Source: Armatimonadota bacterium
Lineage (GTDB): Bacteria; Armatimonadota; UBA5829; DTLH01
Reading direction: 5' to 3'
Assembly (NCBI GenBank): GCA_039679675.1
Contig: JBDKUN010000019.1
Span: forward strand, 11,017-75,016
DNA: 64,000 bases
This document shows, one piece after another, positions 30,501-39,682 of this stretch. The position numbers and the translations under genes were made by a program. The notes beneath the pieces were generated by a model that worked only from the letters and a program-made list of their open reading frames with translations, was not told the origin of the DNA and did no database searches. Within the stretch, counting starts at the first letter, position 1. Every line of letters begins with the position of its first letter.

Positions 30501-33500
30501 TTGATTGGCTCACAAATTACAATACAAATATGGATTTCCCTGTAGTATTTACAGGTGGTGATCCATTGACTCCGGTTATGCCATCTCCGATAGTATCTGA
30601 TTCGATAATCAGCGACGACGGTGCATCAAGTACGACTTATAAGTTCCGGGTTCGTTACTGGAACAAAGACAACATTGCCCCAAGACCTTGGCTAAAACCC
30701 TGGGCGGATGAAATAGGAGCCACAGAATCAACAGGAGTTGTGCTTTACCTCGACTTGGAGAATGTTCTTGATCTTCCAGCGGCGGGGCAGCATGCAAGCT
30801 ATAGACCGCACTTTATGACCAAGGAAAATCCGGCAGATAGAGATTATACTGACGGGTGTGATTATATTTATACAATTGAGCCAACATCTTCGAATGAATA
30901 TTTAGCTTTCCTAACGGGAACATATCACTATTTCTTCGGATGTGCGGACGATTCACTTACATTCGATGATAGCGACTATACCGTTCTACCGGATACTGAC
31001 AAATTGCTATTTGAATATCAGTTGAACGCTGGAAGTTGGGCCAACTATGGAAAAAATGACAGGAATACAACTCGCTCAAGTACCGGTATAGATCCTCTCG
31101 AGCCGAGAAACCTTACTGACACAGAAGGTAGACCTTGGATGGCGAGAGCAATAGGTAGGCGTTACAGTGCCTTCGGTGATGATGGCCCAGGTAGGCCAGC
31201 TAAGGAAGACCGTGGTCCGCAAGATTGGCAGATATATGTCGATAGACAGGATAGAGCTCCTGGTCAATTCGAATTCCAATATCCTCAGCAGTATGAGTGG
31301 GCATGTACGAAGCATCCAGATGTATCGATTATGCTGAGTGGATATACCGACAAAGCCTCAGATGGTTATGCAAGGTTCTTCGGTACAATCAAGCCGTTCT
31401 ATAGAGCGGTAAATCCGAGCAAAGATACAGTGTGGACGTCAGGTGGCTTCGGCTATATGGCCTCCCGCATGGAAACATGCGGCGCAAGGACATCGACCAT
31501 GCTTACGTTCAAAGTAAAATGCTACCAAAGGGATAATACTCCACCACTCTGGGTGAAGGTATATGTTAATAATGATAGTCTGAAGATTTTGGATTATAAG
31601 ACCGGCCAATCGATGAAGCCTGAGAACGGTGGGTACACAGGCTATACAATGATGCCTGCCGAGGTCCAGTCATCTAAAGGTCAATCGCAGACACCTCCAT
31701 ACGATTATACGCTTGGTGTCGATTACGAATATAAGACCCAGCTTTCTGCAGGGCCACATACTTACTTCTTCCTGGCTAACGATGGAATAGCGACTGCGCT
31801 TTATCCTGCAAGGCCGGAAGGTGATAAATGGATAGCAGGTGTACAGCAGAATGATGATCCTGGATTTGATAATAATTATTGTCCTGGACCATATGTCAAC
31901 AATGCATGCCAGCTGCTGACCCCAAGCGTAACACCTGCAACAGGTATACAGGGACAGCAGTATGTATATAGAGTGCTTTATAAAGATGCTGACGGGCAGC
32001 GTCCGTATCAGACAAAGCTGTATATAGATACAGGCACCACAGCAGGTACTATATCTGTAGATATGCTGAAAGAGGACCCGACAGCATCTGACTATAAAGG
32101 TGAAGGTGTGTGGTATGTGTTTAACACGGCCACAATGGAGGATTTTGCACTTGCTAAGGGTGTAAGACGATATAGATTCGAATTTATAGATGACTGGGGC
32201 AGGCCAGCAGATCCTAACGATGTAGTTAAAGGGGAAACTACCTACTATCCTGCATCTGGTGCATGGGTTGATGGTCCTACCATTGGCGAGAACGTGCCTC
32301 CAACATTGAGGTATGGAGAGGTTGTATCGCCAGATGGCACAGCAAACGGCGCTACACTTTGGCAGTTCCAAGTCGAATATAAGGATATCAATAACGATTC
32401 TCCGAAGTATGTAACTCTTTATATCGGTAAGTTGCAGGCAGATGGCACGACGATAAAGTGGGATAACGGCAGTCAGATGACACAAGCCGATCCTGGTGAC
32501 AACATCTATAGTGATGGCTGTAAATTCGTGTTCCAGAAGAGGCTTGAGGAGACAGTTGATCCTATAACAGGAACACCAGATCCTACATATGATAAACCAT
32601 TATACTATTATGCATTTGAAGCATCCGATGGCGTAAATCTGGCGACTTGGGTAGACGTAGACGATCCAACACCGGATAGAATTTCTGAGTCGGCCGGATG
32701 CATTCTCAAGGAAACGCTTACAACAACAGATAATCTCACTTATTCGAGTAGTAAGAAGCCTCTTGTTGGTACGCTGCAGAACCAGCCGACCAATGCAGGT
32801 ATTCTGATTGACCCGATTGTGTGGAGATATCCCGGAGGAGATACATCGAGTCCGGAAATTCTGAGCCGGGAAGATGAATATGTATGTAAAGGCGTAAATC
32901 AGAATCTGGCAGATGCTAAAATAGTATCGAGATATTATCCGCCAGACCCACCTGGTTCACCGAAAGTTGTAGTAGACCCGGTAGACCCGGCATATAAGCC
33001 AAATATTACTGAGGTTCTCGGTGTATATGATAATCCTGATCTGACAGGAACAAATTACTTCCTTGCTGATGATGATACACCAGGTACATATTCGAGTGCC
33101 ACTGACATGATAACTCTGCAGAAGAGTCTGCCTTATGGGCAAAATTGGGTTTGGATCAAGTATAGCCACAGCGGAAATAATACATATACGCTGAATCGAT
33201 GGACTGGCGAATTTACCTTCGGTAATGCTATGGATCCTAACGATGTGCTGGCAGTAGACTACTTCTTTGCGACAAAACATAACATTCCGATTGGAACAAA
33301 CATACTGCCGACGTTGAGTAATCCGAAACTAACGCCGATGGTAGGTGGGTCCGGCACAGACTTCATATATTCAGTTGAGTATAAGGAAACTGAAGGAACG
33401 AATGGTCAGGCACCAGCGTTCGTTAGAGTTGTTATCGACGGCGTCGAGCACACGATGAGTACGACAGTGTCTAATACGCCTTCGTACAGATCTGGCGTAA

Positions 33501-36500
33501 TATATAAATATTCTGCAAAGCTTGATAGCGGCGCACATACTTACTATTTCACTACTAGTGATGGCGCAGGTCTGGTAACACTGCCTGAAACGAATCAGAC
33601 TACAGGCAAGATTGAGCCATACCTTGGACCGTGGGTGAATAACACACCTGCTTTGAGTGATGGAACAGCAACACCGAACCCGACTTCGGGGAGTATAACA
33701 ACGACACAGAGTGTTGAATACGTGGTGACTTACAGTGATCGTGATGGCGATCTGCCGATTACATTGGTTCCGTTTACTAACGATCTAGGGTCTGCTGATG
33801 CAGTGAAGCTTATGCAGTTCCCGATGCCGTTACTATATGTAGACAATACCAGCGAAACCTGGAATGTAGGTATTGTTGATGACATTCTTGAGGATCCAGC
33901 GCAGCCTGGTAAATACAGGTGTATTCGTGTCCTCGGAAGCGACGGTCAGACCGCAAATTACAAAGCGGACCAGTTTGCAGGCAAACTGCTGCAGTTCATT
34001 GGTGGTGATCTGGATGGAAGAGTATATCTGATAGCCAACAATACAAGCAGCGTTCTCAAACTGATGACAGATGATATCATAGTGGATGGTCTTGCGAAGG
34101 GGACTACATTCTCAATTGGAACATTGAAGATGTATAAGGATCCTCAGGAACAGAATAACTATCCAGCTGGTGTTATATATAAAATAATAATTCCGCAGCT
34201 GCTTGATGGATCTCATGTGTTCCACTACAAGGCTGCATCGATAATGACCCCACCATCGTGGGTTGGGGCACCTTGGGATACGACTACTGTGTCCAGTATG
34301 GTCAGATACCCGGCTTCCGGTGAGCTGACAGGGCCTTCAGTAGCGGCACAGGCGCCGTCTGGAAACCATATTCCTGTGTTGTCATTATCTTCGGGTGATG
34401 TTGCAGTGTCGCCTGCAAGTGGTAAGGCATCAGATACTTATGATTTCGTTATAAGTTATCGTGATGGAGATGGCGATCCGCCCAGGTATCATGACAAAGT
34501 TATGGGCAGCATGCGCGTTGTCTTCAGCGATGGCAGTTACGCAGCGGACTTGGTTCCAGTTGTCGCTGAAAATCAGAGTGATACAAGCTTCTATATAACT
34601 GATAGAAGATTTACCGTTAAGGCAAATGGACTCCCTGAAGGTAACCATAAGTTCCACTTCGAGGCGTCAGATGGTTGGAATAAGGTTCGTTGGCCTGTCG
34701 CATCTCAAGGTGATGATGAATCTGAAAATGATCCTGTCGTAGTAGTGAATGCCAAAGCAAAACTGACTGATACGGCGGTAAATCCTCCAAATGGGGATAC
34801 AAATACGACATTCACGCTGAGCGTGAAGTATTCAGATGTTAATGGAGAAAGGCCTTACGTCGATTCCGGCACCGGCAAAGAACAGGTATGGGTTGAATTC
34901 GGCGGGGATAGCAGCAACAAGTTATACCTGACAAGAATTGCAGCCGACACCGATTTTGCCAGCGGAGTAACTTATAAAGGCACAAAATCAGGATTACCTG
35001 CTGGTGCCATTCAGACTGTATTCAAGACAAAAGATAGTCTTGGAGAATTGACAACTGTAAGTGGGCCTACCATCGCAGTAAGCACGAACCTGAATGTTCC
35101 GGTTCTGGCTTCGGCGAAGGTGTTCAATACTGCAAAACCCGCAGACATTAATGAACTGGCTTCGGGTGGAACAGCAAATACATTCCGATATGAAGTGAAG
35201 TATAGCGATCCGGATGGAGATATGCCGGTAGTTGTACAAAACGGAACAGTTGTTGAAGGCATAAAACTATATATAGACGGTGTATTGGAAGGGGTTATGA
35301 CACAGAGAGCTGCTGATGTATATCTGCAGAATGGTAAACCCGACTATACAAAATCCGTTACATATTGGTATACGAAGCTGGGTGAAAATTATAGTTCTGC
35401 TATAAATACTCACAGCTTCTACTTCCTTGCAAAGGATGGAAGTTCTGCGGATGCTCATGAAGTGAAATCGGCTACGATTACTGGACCGGTCATTCTTTCA
35501 GGTTCGATTGTTATGGCCAGACAGACTTATAGCACGGTTAGCGGAACATGGGTGGATAAAGATCCGCAGCTTGCGGAGAGAGTAAAGATAACAGGTGTCC
35601 TGAATGAGTCAGCGGCAAAACCGATACCTGGCTCACAGACTATAAAAATAACAATAACAAGGCCTGATGGGACGGTATCAACGATTACCAGAATAGGAGC
35701 AGCAGAGACTACTTCAACAGTGAAGAAGAACCAGTTCACATTTGAAATGGAAACACCGATGATGAATAAGAACTGGGTAGTAACTGCCAAATGGGATGGT
35801 AATTCGGACTACACTACGCCGGTTACAGCTGAATTAAAGGTGAATGTAAGAGGACCGAGCCGTGTAGTAGCAACTCAGGATATGAGTTCACCGGCTACAA
35901 GCACCCCTGTTGTTGATATGGTCTGTATGCCGCTTACTGCAATAAATGGTGATCCTGGATCACTCTTCGGATACGATCGGGCGAGGTTAATGCAGATCGT
36001 AAGATGGGATCCTGAGCAGCGGACATATATGTCCTATGGTGATACATACTTCCCGCAGCTTACCACTGGAAATGCCGTGTGGATTCTGCCGAAATCGCAG
36101 TATCCGGCGGAAACGATTGCTGAGAGTGATCTGGTATCGCCGGTAGACTCAAGTCTGAGCATTGTTATCGGGAATCAATATAGACTACTCAGACCGTTTG
36201 GCCGGTTGTATGATCAGCAGCAGGATTGTGAGATCGTATTGAAACAAGGATGGAACCAGATAGGTTCACCGTATATGGTTCCGACCTTACTCAAGGATGC
36301 TACAGTGATATACCAGGGCAATGTGGCCTCTATAGATCAGGCAGCTGCAAACGGATGGATAAGGAACTATGCTTGGATGTGGGATCCTGCTACACAGCAG
36401 GCTGATAAGCTGATCCATCCGACGAGGTCGGATGCTTACAAACGGACAATCGATCCGTGGAGAGGTTATTGGATAAGAGCTCTCGTAAACTGCACATTGG

Positions 36501-36628
36501 TATTGAAAGCGCCGTCAACCACAGCAACAGCAACGTCGCTCGAAGTGCAGGAATATGGAGTGACTGCCAGAAACAGCAATGCACAATCACTGGATATGCC
36601 GCCTGCTGCACCAGGCAATGGCAAGTAG
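27581..36628 (+). CDS. Giant (~3000 aa) exported repeat protein (ATG 27581 likely; ORF track starts 27521)
   Basis: Uninterrupted 9-kb ORF; signal peptide ending VYA-D; nine F/YxVxYxDxDGxxP repeats; GWNQIGSPY domain near the C-terminus. Confidence 0.8.
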   Translation: MIGVCKRLALVLVLILGIMSPVYADMGTVTAGPTDPTVNSISNLRAVWTDSEQKLPDTEVWRTYETGRNRLNTPSPWQANPSYYSLQPDPDATVTETYNAVNVVESVYVELDGSGNINLPENAVGIKGVWLDRWQRKNVWPGGAFTGSQITSAQLTLPAGTQHVFVSYYKAGTKLIKVNSVPLPSEYTVYRYPVSTGTSKIVINPEILRLDPDTAGLRNGGGDEWSNLIGIYDNPSLKGINYAAGRNIDTATSTVTLARAVSGNIRNLYVKVSTYAVDYVSINGTQVLPTSYDPDTGEIVLPEEVATGQAVEVAYRPLGKSKVTVAQVPVTAVSGVWTDDSKSTAETVSGFDETTGKISFDPALADGTRSVYCEYTGADMQGVTGEDSWQWREGGKPFPLVRESDDRDQRYASLQLDPVEGGVRKDGGVEKEGDEQVDEWVFRGVDRIDNENAPAVKILADDDTVKTTKGIVTDKATGKRGIFLDPATDPVLVKSVLVTRLVDNVYKTDNLAKYARVIGITNADGNTVRAIFLDAELAELPDDATASRVSYYISGKNMVVVPGPLPMPATVREIDLTNLNQPISDTLRINPDLIAFDPDLENWRANALSSNPLDGYNILGVFDNVNLTGWNYWTPGSGKITLDATGAAVLKLNCVPSNSVTKMFIKISSYAVDGVFTQETGGQNYYPGRLAGAVAGDPATDPKNAGHEYAWYDANVMSETIDSENGETRVGEIHLARSLPTSGQQVYVTWRKLSKNRVSPARPRIMAVPVFQYLDYPDLPMDEISNPPVDGQSMLTQVPPVSSIAATKAFPEGTISIYYMEYYAGMCVGGTATSAIYANGLGRFTYQPMYIVPDETVPPEYVYRSAVSAGLNMSKSLQQPSYDINDQTNNLLLRDPRRHPVDYAPNFTTQPYSIDPANVEFKFYAGRHPERLGSEPRISEKGPISTTVHASTVSRAEDGTVDYGGTYYDYRYGLDWLTNYNTNMDFPVVFTGGDPLTPVMPSPIVSDSIISDDGASSTTYKFRVRYWNKDNIAPRPWLKPWADEIGATESTGVVLYLDLENVLDLPAAGQHASYRPHFMTKENPADRDYTDGCDYIYTIEPTSSNEYLAFLTGTYHYFFGCADDSLTFDDSDYTVLPDTDKLLFEYQLNAGSWANYGKNDRNTTRSSTGIDPLEPRNLTDTEGRPWMARAIGRRYSAFGDDGPGRPAKEDRGPQDWQIYVDRQDRAPGQFEFQYPQQYEWACTKHPDVSIMLSGYTDKASDGYARFFGTIKPFYRAVNPSKDTVWTSGGFGYMASRMETCGARTSTMLTFKVKCYQRDNTPPLWVKVYVNNDSLKILDYKTGQSMKPENGGYTGYTMMPAEVQSSKGQSQTPPYDYTLGVDYEYKTQLSAGPHTYFFLANDGIATALYPARPEGDKWIAGVQQNDDPGFDNNYCPGPYVNNACQLLTPSVTPATGIQGQQYVYRVLYKDADGQRPYQTKLYIDTGTTAGTISVDMLKEDPTASDYKGEGVWYVFNTATMEDFALAKGVRRYRFEFIDDWGRPADPNDVVKGETTYYPASGAWVDGPTIGENVPPTLRYGEVVSPDGTANGATLWQFQVEYKDINNDSPKYVTLYIGKLQADGTTIKWDNGSQMTQADPGDNIYSDGCKFVFQKRLEETVDPITGTPDPTYDKPLYYYAFEASDGVNLATWVDVDDPTPDRISESAGCILKETLTTTDNLTYSSSKKPLVGTLQNQPTNAGILIDPIVWRYPGGDTSSPEILSREDEYVCKGVNQNLADAKIVSRYYPPDPPGSPKVVVDPVDPAYKPNITEVLGVYDNPDLTGTNYFLADDDTPGTYSSATDMITLQKSLPYGQNWVWIKYSHSGNNTYTLNRWTGEFTFGNAMDPNDVLAVDYFFATKHNIPIGTNILPTLSNPKLTPMVGGSGTDFIYSVEYKETEGTNGQAPAFVRVVIDGVEHTMSTTVSNTPSYRSGVIYKYSAKLDSGAHTYYFTTSDGAGLVTLPETNQTTGKIEPYLGPWVNNTPALSDGTATPNPTSGSITTTQSVEYVVTYSDRDGDLPITLVPFTNDLGSADAVKLMQFPMPLLYVDNTSETWNVGIVDDILEDPAQPGKYRCIRVLGSDGQTANYKADQFAGKLLQFIGGDLDGRVYLIANNTSSVLKLMTDDIIVDGLAKGTTFSIGTLKMYKDPQEQNNYPAGVIYKIIIPQLLDGSHVFHYKAASIMTPPSWVGAPWDTTTVSSMVRYPASGELTGPSVAAQAPSGNHIPVLSLSSGDVAVSPASGKASDTYDFVISYRDGDGDPPRYHDKVMGSMRVVFSDGSYAADLVPVVAENQSDTSFYITDRRFTVKANGLPEGNHKFHFEASDGWNKVRWPVASQGDDESENDPVVVVNAKAKLTDTAVNPPNGDTNTTFTLSVKYSDVNGERPYVDSGTGKEQVWVEFGGDSSNKLYLTRIAADTDFASGVTYKGTKSGLPAGAIQTVFKTKDSLGELTTVSGPTIAVSTNLNVPVLASAKVFNTAKPADINELASGGTANTFRYEVKYSDPDGDMPVVVQNGTVVEGIKLYIDGVLEGVMTQRAADVYLQNGKPDYTKSVTYWYTKLGENYSSAINTHSFYFLAKDGSSADAHEVKSATITGPVILSGSIVMARQTYSTVSGTWVDKDPQLAERVKITGVLNESAAKPIPGSQTIKITITRPDGTVSTITRIGAAETTSTVKKNQFTFEMETPMMNKNWVVTAKWDGNSDYTTPVTAELKVNVRGPSRVVATQDMSSPATSTPVVDMVCMPLTAINGDPGSLFGYDRARLMQIVRWDPEQRTYMSYGDTYFPQLTTGNAVWILPKSQYPAETIAESDLVSPVDSSLSIVIGNQYRLLRPFGRLYDQQQDCEIVLKQGWNQIGSPYMVPTLLKDATVIYQGNVASIDQAAANGWIRNYAWMWDPATQQADKLIHPTRSDAYKRTIDPWRGYWIRALVNCTLVLKAPSTTATATSLEVQEYGVTARNSNAQSLDMPPAAPGNGK

Positions 36629-36635
36629 ATAAAAA

Positions 36636-36667
36636 CAGGCGGGTGTCTCTCATAGAGACCCCGCCTG
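36636..36667. terminator. GC-rich intergenic hairpin (terminator or mRNA stabiliser)
   Basis: CAGGCGGG-t-GTCTCT-cat-AGAGAC-CCCGCCTG; A-tract on the left only. Confidence 0.5.
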
Positions 36668-36709
36668 CACAATATTATTCACAACCTGACTGAAGGAGAA
36701 GTTTGACTT

Positions 36710-37522
36710 ATGATTAGGATCAGACAGATGCGCATGGTATCGTATATCGCATCACTGCTGATATTTTCGATGTATATAGCCCCGGCCGCAAGTCTAGCCA
36801 AGCGCGGATCAGATAATGTTCTTCCGAGAAAGACAGTTCTTGTATTTCCGTTCGATAATGCAGCAAAATCCTCAGTAGAAACATTATCCAGTGACATATT
36901 GACGAGTATGCAAAACGCTATAAGCTCAAATACCGGAATGTGCGTGGTTGCTTTCTCTGAGCAGCTTCCGTCCGTTCAGAGATCGGTTAGAGAGTTAACA
37001 CTGAAGCCGGATGATGTAAAGGGGCCGTTCGGAACCGACCAGGAGCAGATGGCTTGTGCCCTTAAGGTGTCTAAAGAAGTTGCAACCGACATGCTCTTAA
37101 TCGGATCTATTGATGCTGTTCAAGTTGATACAGCTAATAATAAGGCTGAAGTTACCTTAAGTGCTATTTTGACGGATGTTCAGACCGGAGATACAGTAAA
37201 ATCTCTGGCTATTACAGGAAAAGCTGCTTCGGATACACAAAAAGCGGAAGCCGATCTGATTTCAATGGCGGCAGCTGACGCAGTTGCTCAAATATCGAAG
37301 GCTCTGGCTCCCGCTGGAGAGTCTGTTAGCTCAACACCGGCAACAAAGAAAGGGAATGAACCTGTAGTAGTAAAAAAGCGAAGCAAAAAGAAAACAAGCA
37401 CGCTTCGAAGGTTCATCATCCCGCTCGTAATTGGCGTCACTATCGCTCTTGTTTCGTCGAATGATAGTAATGACAATTCGAACAGCGGGGATATAGACAA
37501 TCCTCCTGTGGTTCCATTTTAA
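36710..37522 (+). CDS. Exported CsgG/HfaB-like protein with Lys-rich linker and C-terminal hydrophobic helix
   Basis: TVLVFPFDN...DMLLIGSI...AILTDVQTGDTVK pattern; KKRSKKK followed by FIIPLVIGVTIALV. Confidence 0.5.
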   Translation: MIRIRQMRMVSYIASLLIFSMYIAPAASLAKRGSDNVLPRKTVLVFPFDNAAKSSVETLSSDILTSMQNAISSNTGMCVVAFSEQLPSVQRSVRELTLKPDDVKGPFGTDQEQMACALKVSKEVATDMLLIGSIDAVQVDTANNKAEVTLSAILTDVQTGDTVKSLAITGKAASDTQKAEADLISMAAADAVAQISKALAPAGESVSSTPATKKGNEPVVVKKRSKKKTSTLRRFIIPLVIGVTIALVSSNDSNDNSNSGDIDNPPVVPF

Positions 37523-37646
37523 GGATCAGAAAACCATAAGAATAAGAATTACTTACAGCGTGCCTCATATCCATGAGACACGCTGTAATTGTATAATGTG
37601 CCTGCATGTTTGACGCCCTTTTATACATGAGCTTAAACTATAATAG

Positions 37647-39587
37647 ATGCGAAAAGTAGTATTATTGATCTTACTCGCAGTAATTGTGTCCCATCCCGCT
37701 AAAGTAGATTCTGCCGGTCTTGCGACGAGTATCTATCTGAGCGCTAATCCTGATGCGATAATCGCAGATGGTAAGAGCATTACGACTATAAGCGCAGAGA
37801 TCAGGGACTCAGATGGAAACCTGGTTTCTGACGGGACACTCGTCAGTTTTTCCAGCAGCCTAGGGACAATTCAACCTTCGGTCAGCACTATCGCCGGAGT
37901 TGCTCGTGCTCGCCTGTCGGGGGGCACTGTGACAGGAACTGCAGCTGTATCTGCCTGGGTCACACAGGGCGGCGCTGTTGGGCAGGTAAAGGTTGAACTT
38001 CTGGCTCCTGGCACTGAAATATCCCGGCAGTCTTTCATAACCATATCTTCAGACAGCTATCTCGCATATGATCCTGAAAAGATGATAATCCAAGCTACAG
38101 GCGGAGCAACCGTAAGCCATAGAGGCTTGTCGATAAACGCTGACGAGGTAGAATACGACCTGCAGGCAGGAACGATCAAATGCAGGCAGCGCTCAGGCGG
38201 GAAGGTTATAAACCTCTCGCGTGGAAACAAATCACTGCAGGTCTGCGCGCTTTATTATCAGGTAGAAGATATGAAGGGGAAGGCGATTATCGAGTCAGAA
38301 ACCGGAAACATGGAGCGTGTGTCTTTTCGTGGAGCCGACATGGCTGTTGAACCGGATACTGATGATCTTTCGCCAGCAATATTCACCTTTAAAGATATAT
38401 CCTTGAGTGATGTGCTGATGAAGGCAACAAGTATAACTGTGCGGCCTAAGGACGAGATACATTTTCGCCATGCACAGGTCTTTATAGACGGAAAAAAAGT
38501 ACTTTCCGTACCGCTTCAAGTGCTTGAATTGGACAACTCGAAGTCTCAGTCGTCGCAATACCTGGGGTGGGGGGCTAACGGGCTCAAGGTTGATGTGCCG
38601 CTCTACTATTCGTTGTCTCCGAATTCGACAGGTGCCCTACATGTTCGGCGCGGGCAACAATCCGGATGGGGATTTTATTCGGGCAATTCCGGTTGGTCAC
38701 TCGATCTTGTACAGGATTACACTACAGACACGGGAGGAGAGGGGAATTTCGAGCTGAACAGCGTCAACAGCGGAGATTGGGGCGCAAACTGGCATTTTAA
38801 CCAGCAATATGACTCTGGAAGCCGGGTTTACAGTTATCTGTCATTTCCCGATCATAGAGATCTATTCGGAATGATCAACCTGTCGAAGCCACTGAACAAA
38901 TCAACCCTGAGTATGAACATATATGGTAACAAGTATCGCGATCAGAATGGAAGTATATCGACGGACCTGTATTTACAGAGCCAGCCGAAGCCGATTATCG
39001 ACGGTGCCGCTAACTATGTTCTGCTCGGCCGGACATCTTTTGCGACAGAGAATGATTCAAGCAATGATGGCGTCGGCGCAGGAGCTCAGATGCAGGTTTA
39101 TGGCAAGCCGGTTACGTTCAGTAAGCAGGCTGGACTCACGAATACGCTTACAATCGGGCAGGATTGGGGAGGTGTGCGCTCAGGGTTTTCACTTCTCGGA
39201 AATTCTGCATTTAATTACAGGATAGGGAAGACCAGCAGCTTCGGTCTGGTATACTCATATACACGTGATCCCAGCTATTCCGATCTAACCGGCCGCCACC
39301 GATTGAGCGCGAGCTTGATGTATATGCCTTCGCAGCTCTGGCAAGCGCGGATATTCAGCACGCAGATGCTCGACACCCCGCAATCCAGCACATTTGCGGA
39401 TATTTCATACCGGCTCTACCCGACATGGAGGCTCAATTTACTTCAGACATTCCAGGCATATGATATGTACGACTATTCGGACACCGAAATCGCACTTTCC
39501 AAAGAGATTCAGGACCATGAAATGATGCTCATCTGGTCTAGATCAAAGAATCAGTTCAGGGTAGAGTTCAACGTAGGGCAGTTTTGA
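37647..39587 (+). CDS. Invasin/Big_1 Ig domain fused to a probable LptD-like outer-membrane beta-barrel
   Basis: ANPDAIIADGKSITTISAEIRD..GN.V.DGT.V.F; INADEVEYD; amphipathic strands; C-terminal RVEFNVGQF. Confidence 0.6.
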   Translation: MRKVVLLILLAVIVSHPAKVDSAGLATSIYLSANPDAIIADGKSITTISAEIRDSDGNLVSDGTLVSFSSSLGTIQPSVSTIAGVARARLSGGTVTGTAAVSAWVTQGGAVGQVKVELLAPGTEISRQSFITISSDSYLAYDPEKMIIQATGGATVSHRGLSINADEVEYDLQAGTIKCRQRSGGKVINLSRGNKSLQVCALYYQVEDMKGKAIIESETGNMERVSFRGADMAVEPDTDDLSPAIFTFKDISLSDVLMKATSITVRPKDEIHFRHAQVFIDGKKVLSVPLQVLELDNSKSQSSQYLGWGANGLKVDVPLYYSLSPNSTGALHVRRGQQSGWGFYSGNSGWSLDLVQDYTTDTGGEGNFELNSVNSGDWGANWHFNQQYDSGSRVYSYLSFPDHRDLFGMINLSKPLNKSTLSMNIYGNKYRDQNGSISTDLYLQSQPKPIIDGAANYVLLGRTSFATENDSSNDGVGAGAQMQVYGKPVTFSKQAGLTNTLTIGQDWGGVRSGFSLLGNSAFNYRIGKTSSFGLVYSYTRDPSYSDLTGRHRLSASLMYMPSQLWQARIFSTQMLDTPQSSTFADISYRLYPTWRLNLLQTFQAYDMYDYSDTEIALSKEIQDHEMMLIWSRSKNQFRVEFNVGQF

Positions 39588-39615
39588 CGAACTGTAAGTA
39601 TCAGTTCTTGGTGTA

Positions 39616-39648
39616 TGCTTCGGGACCGTAGTTCGTCCCGAAGCACGA
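39616..39648. repeat. REP-like palindrome, copy 2, between convergent genes
   Basis: TGCTTCGGGAC-8 nt-GTCCCGAAGCACGA. Confidence 0.65.
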
Positions 39649-39682
39649 GTCTCCGCTAATTTCTTCTGTTCTCTATTCCCTA

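Noticed and set aside
19946..39587. Canonical type IX secretion or curli locus
   Set aside because: No recognisable PorK/L/M/N, PorV or CsgA/B/E/F; only analogous domain types are seen
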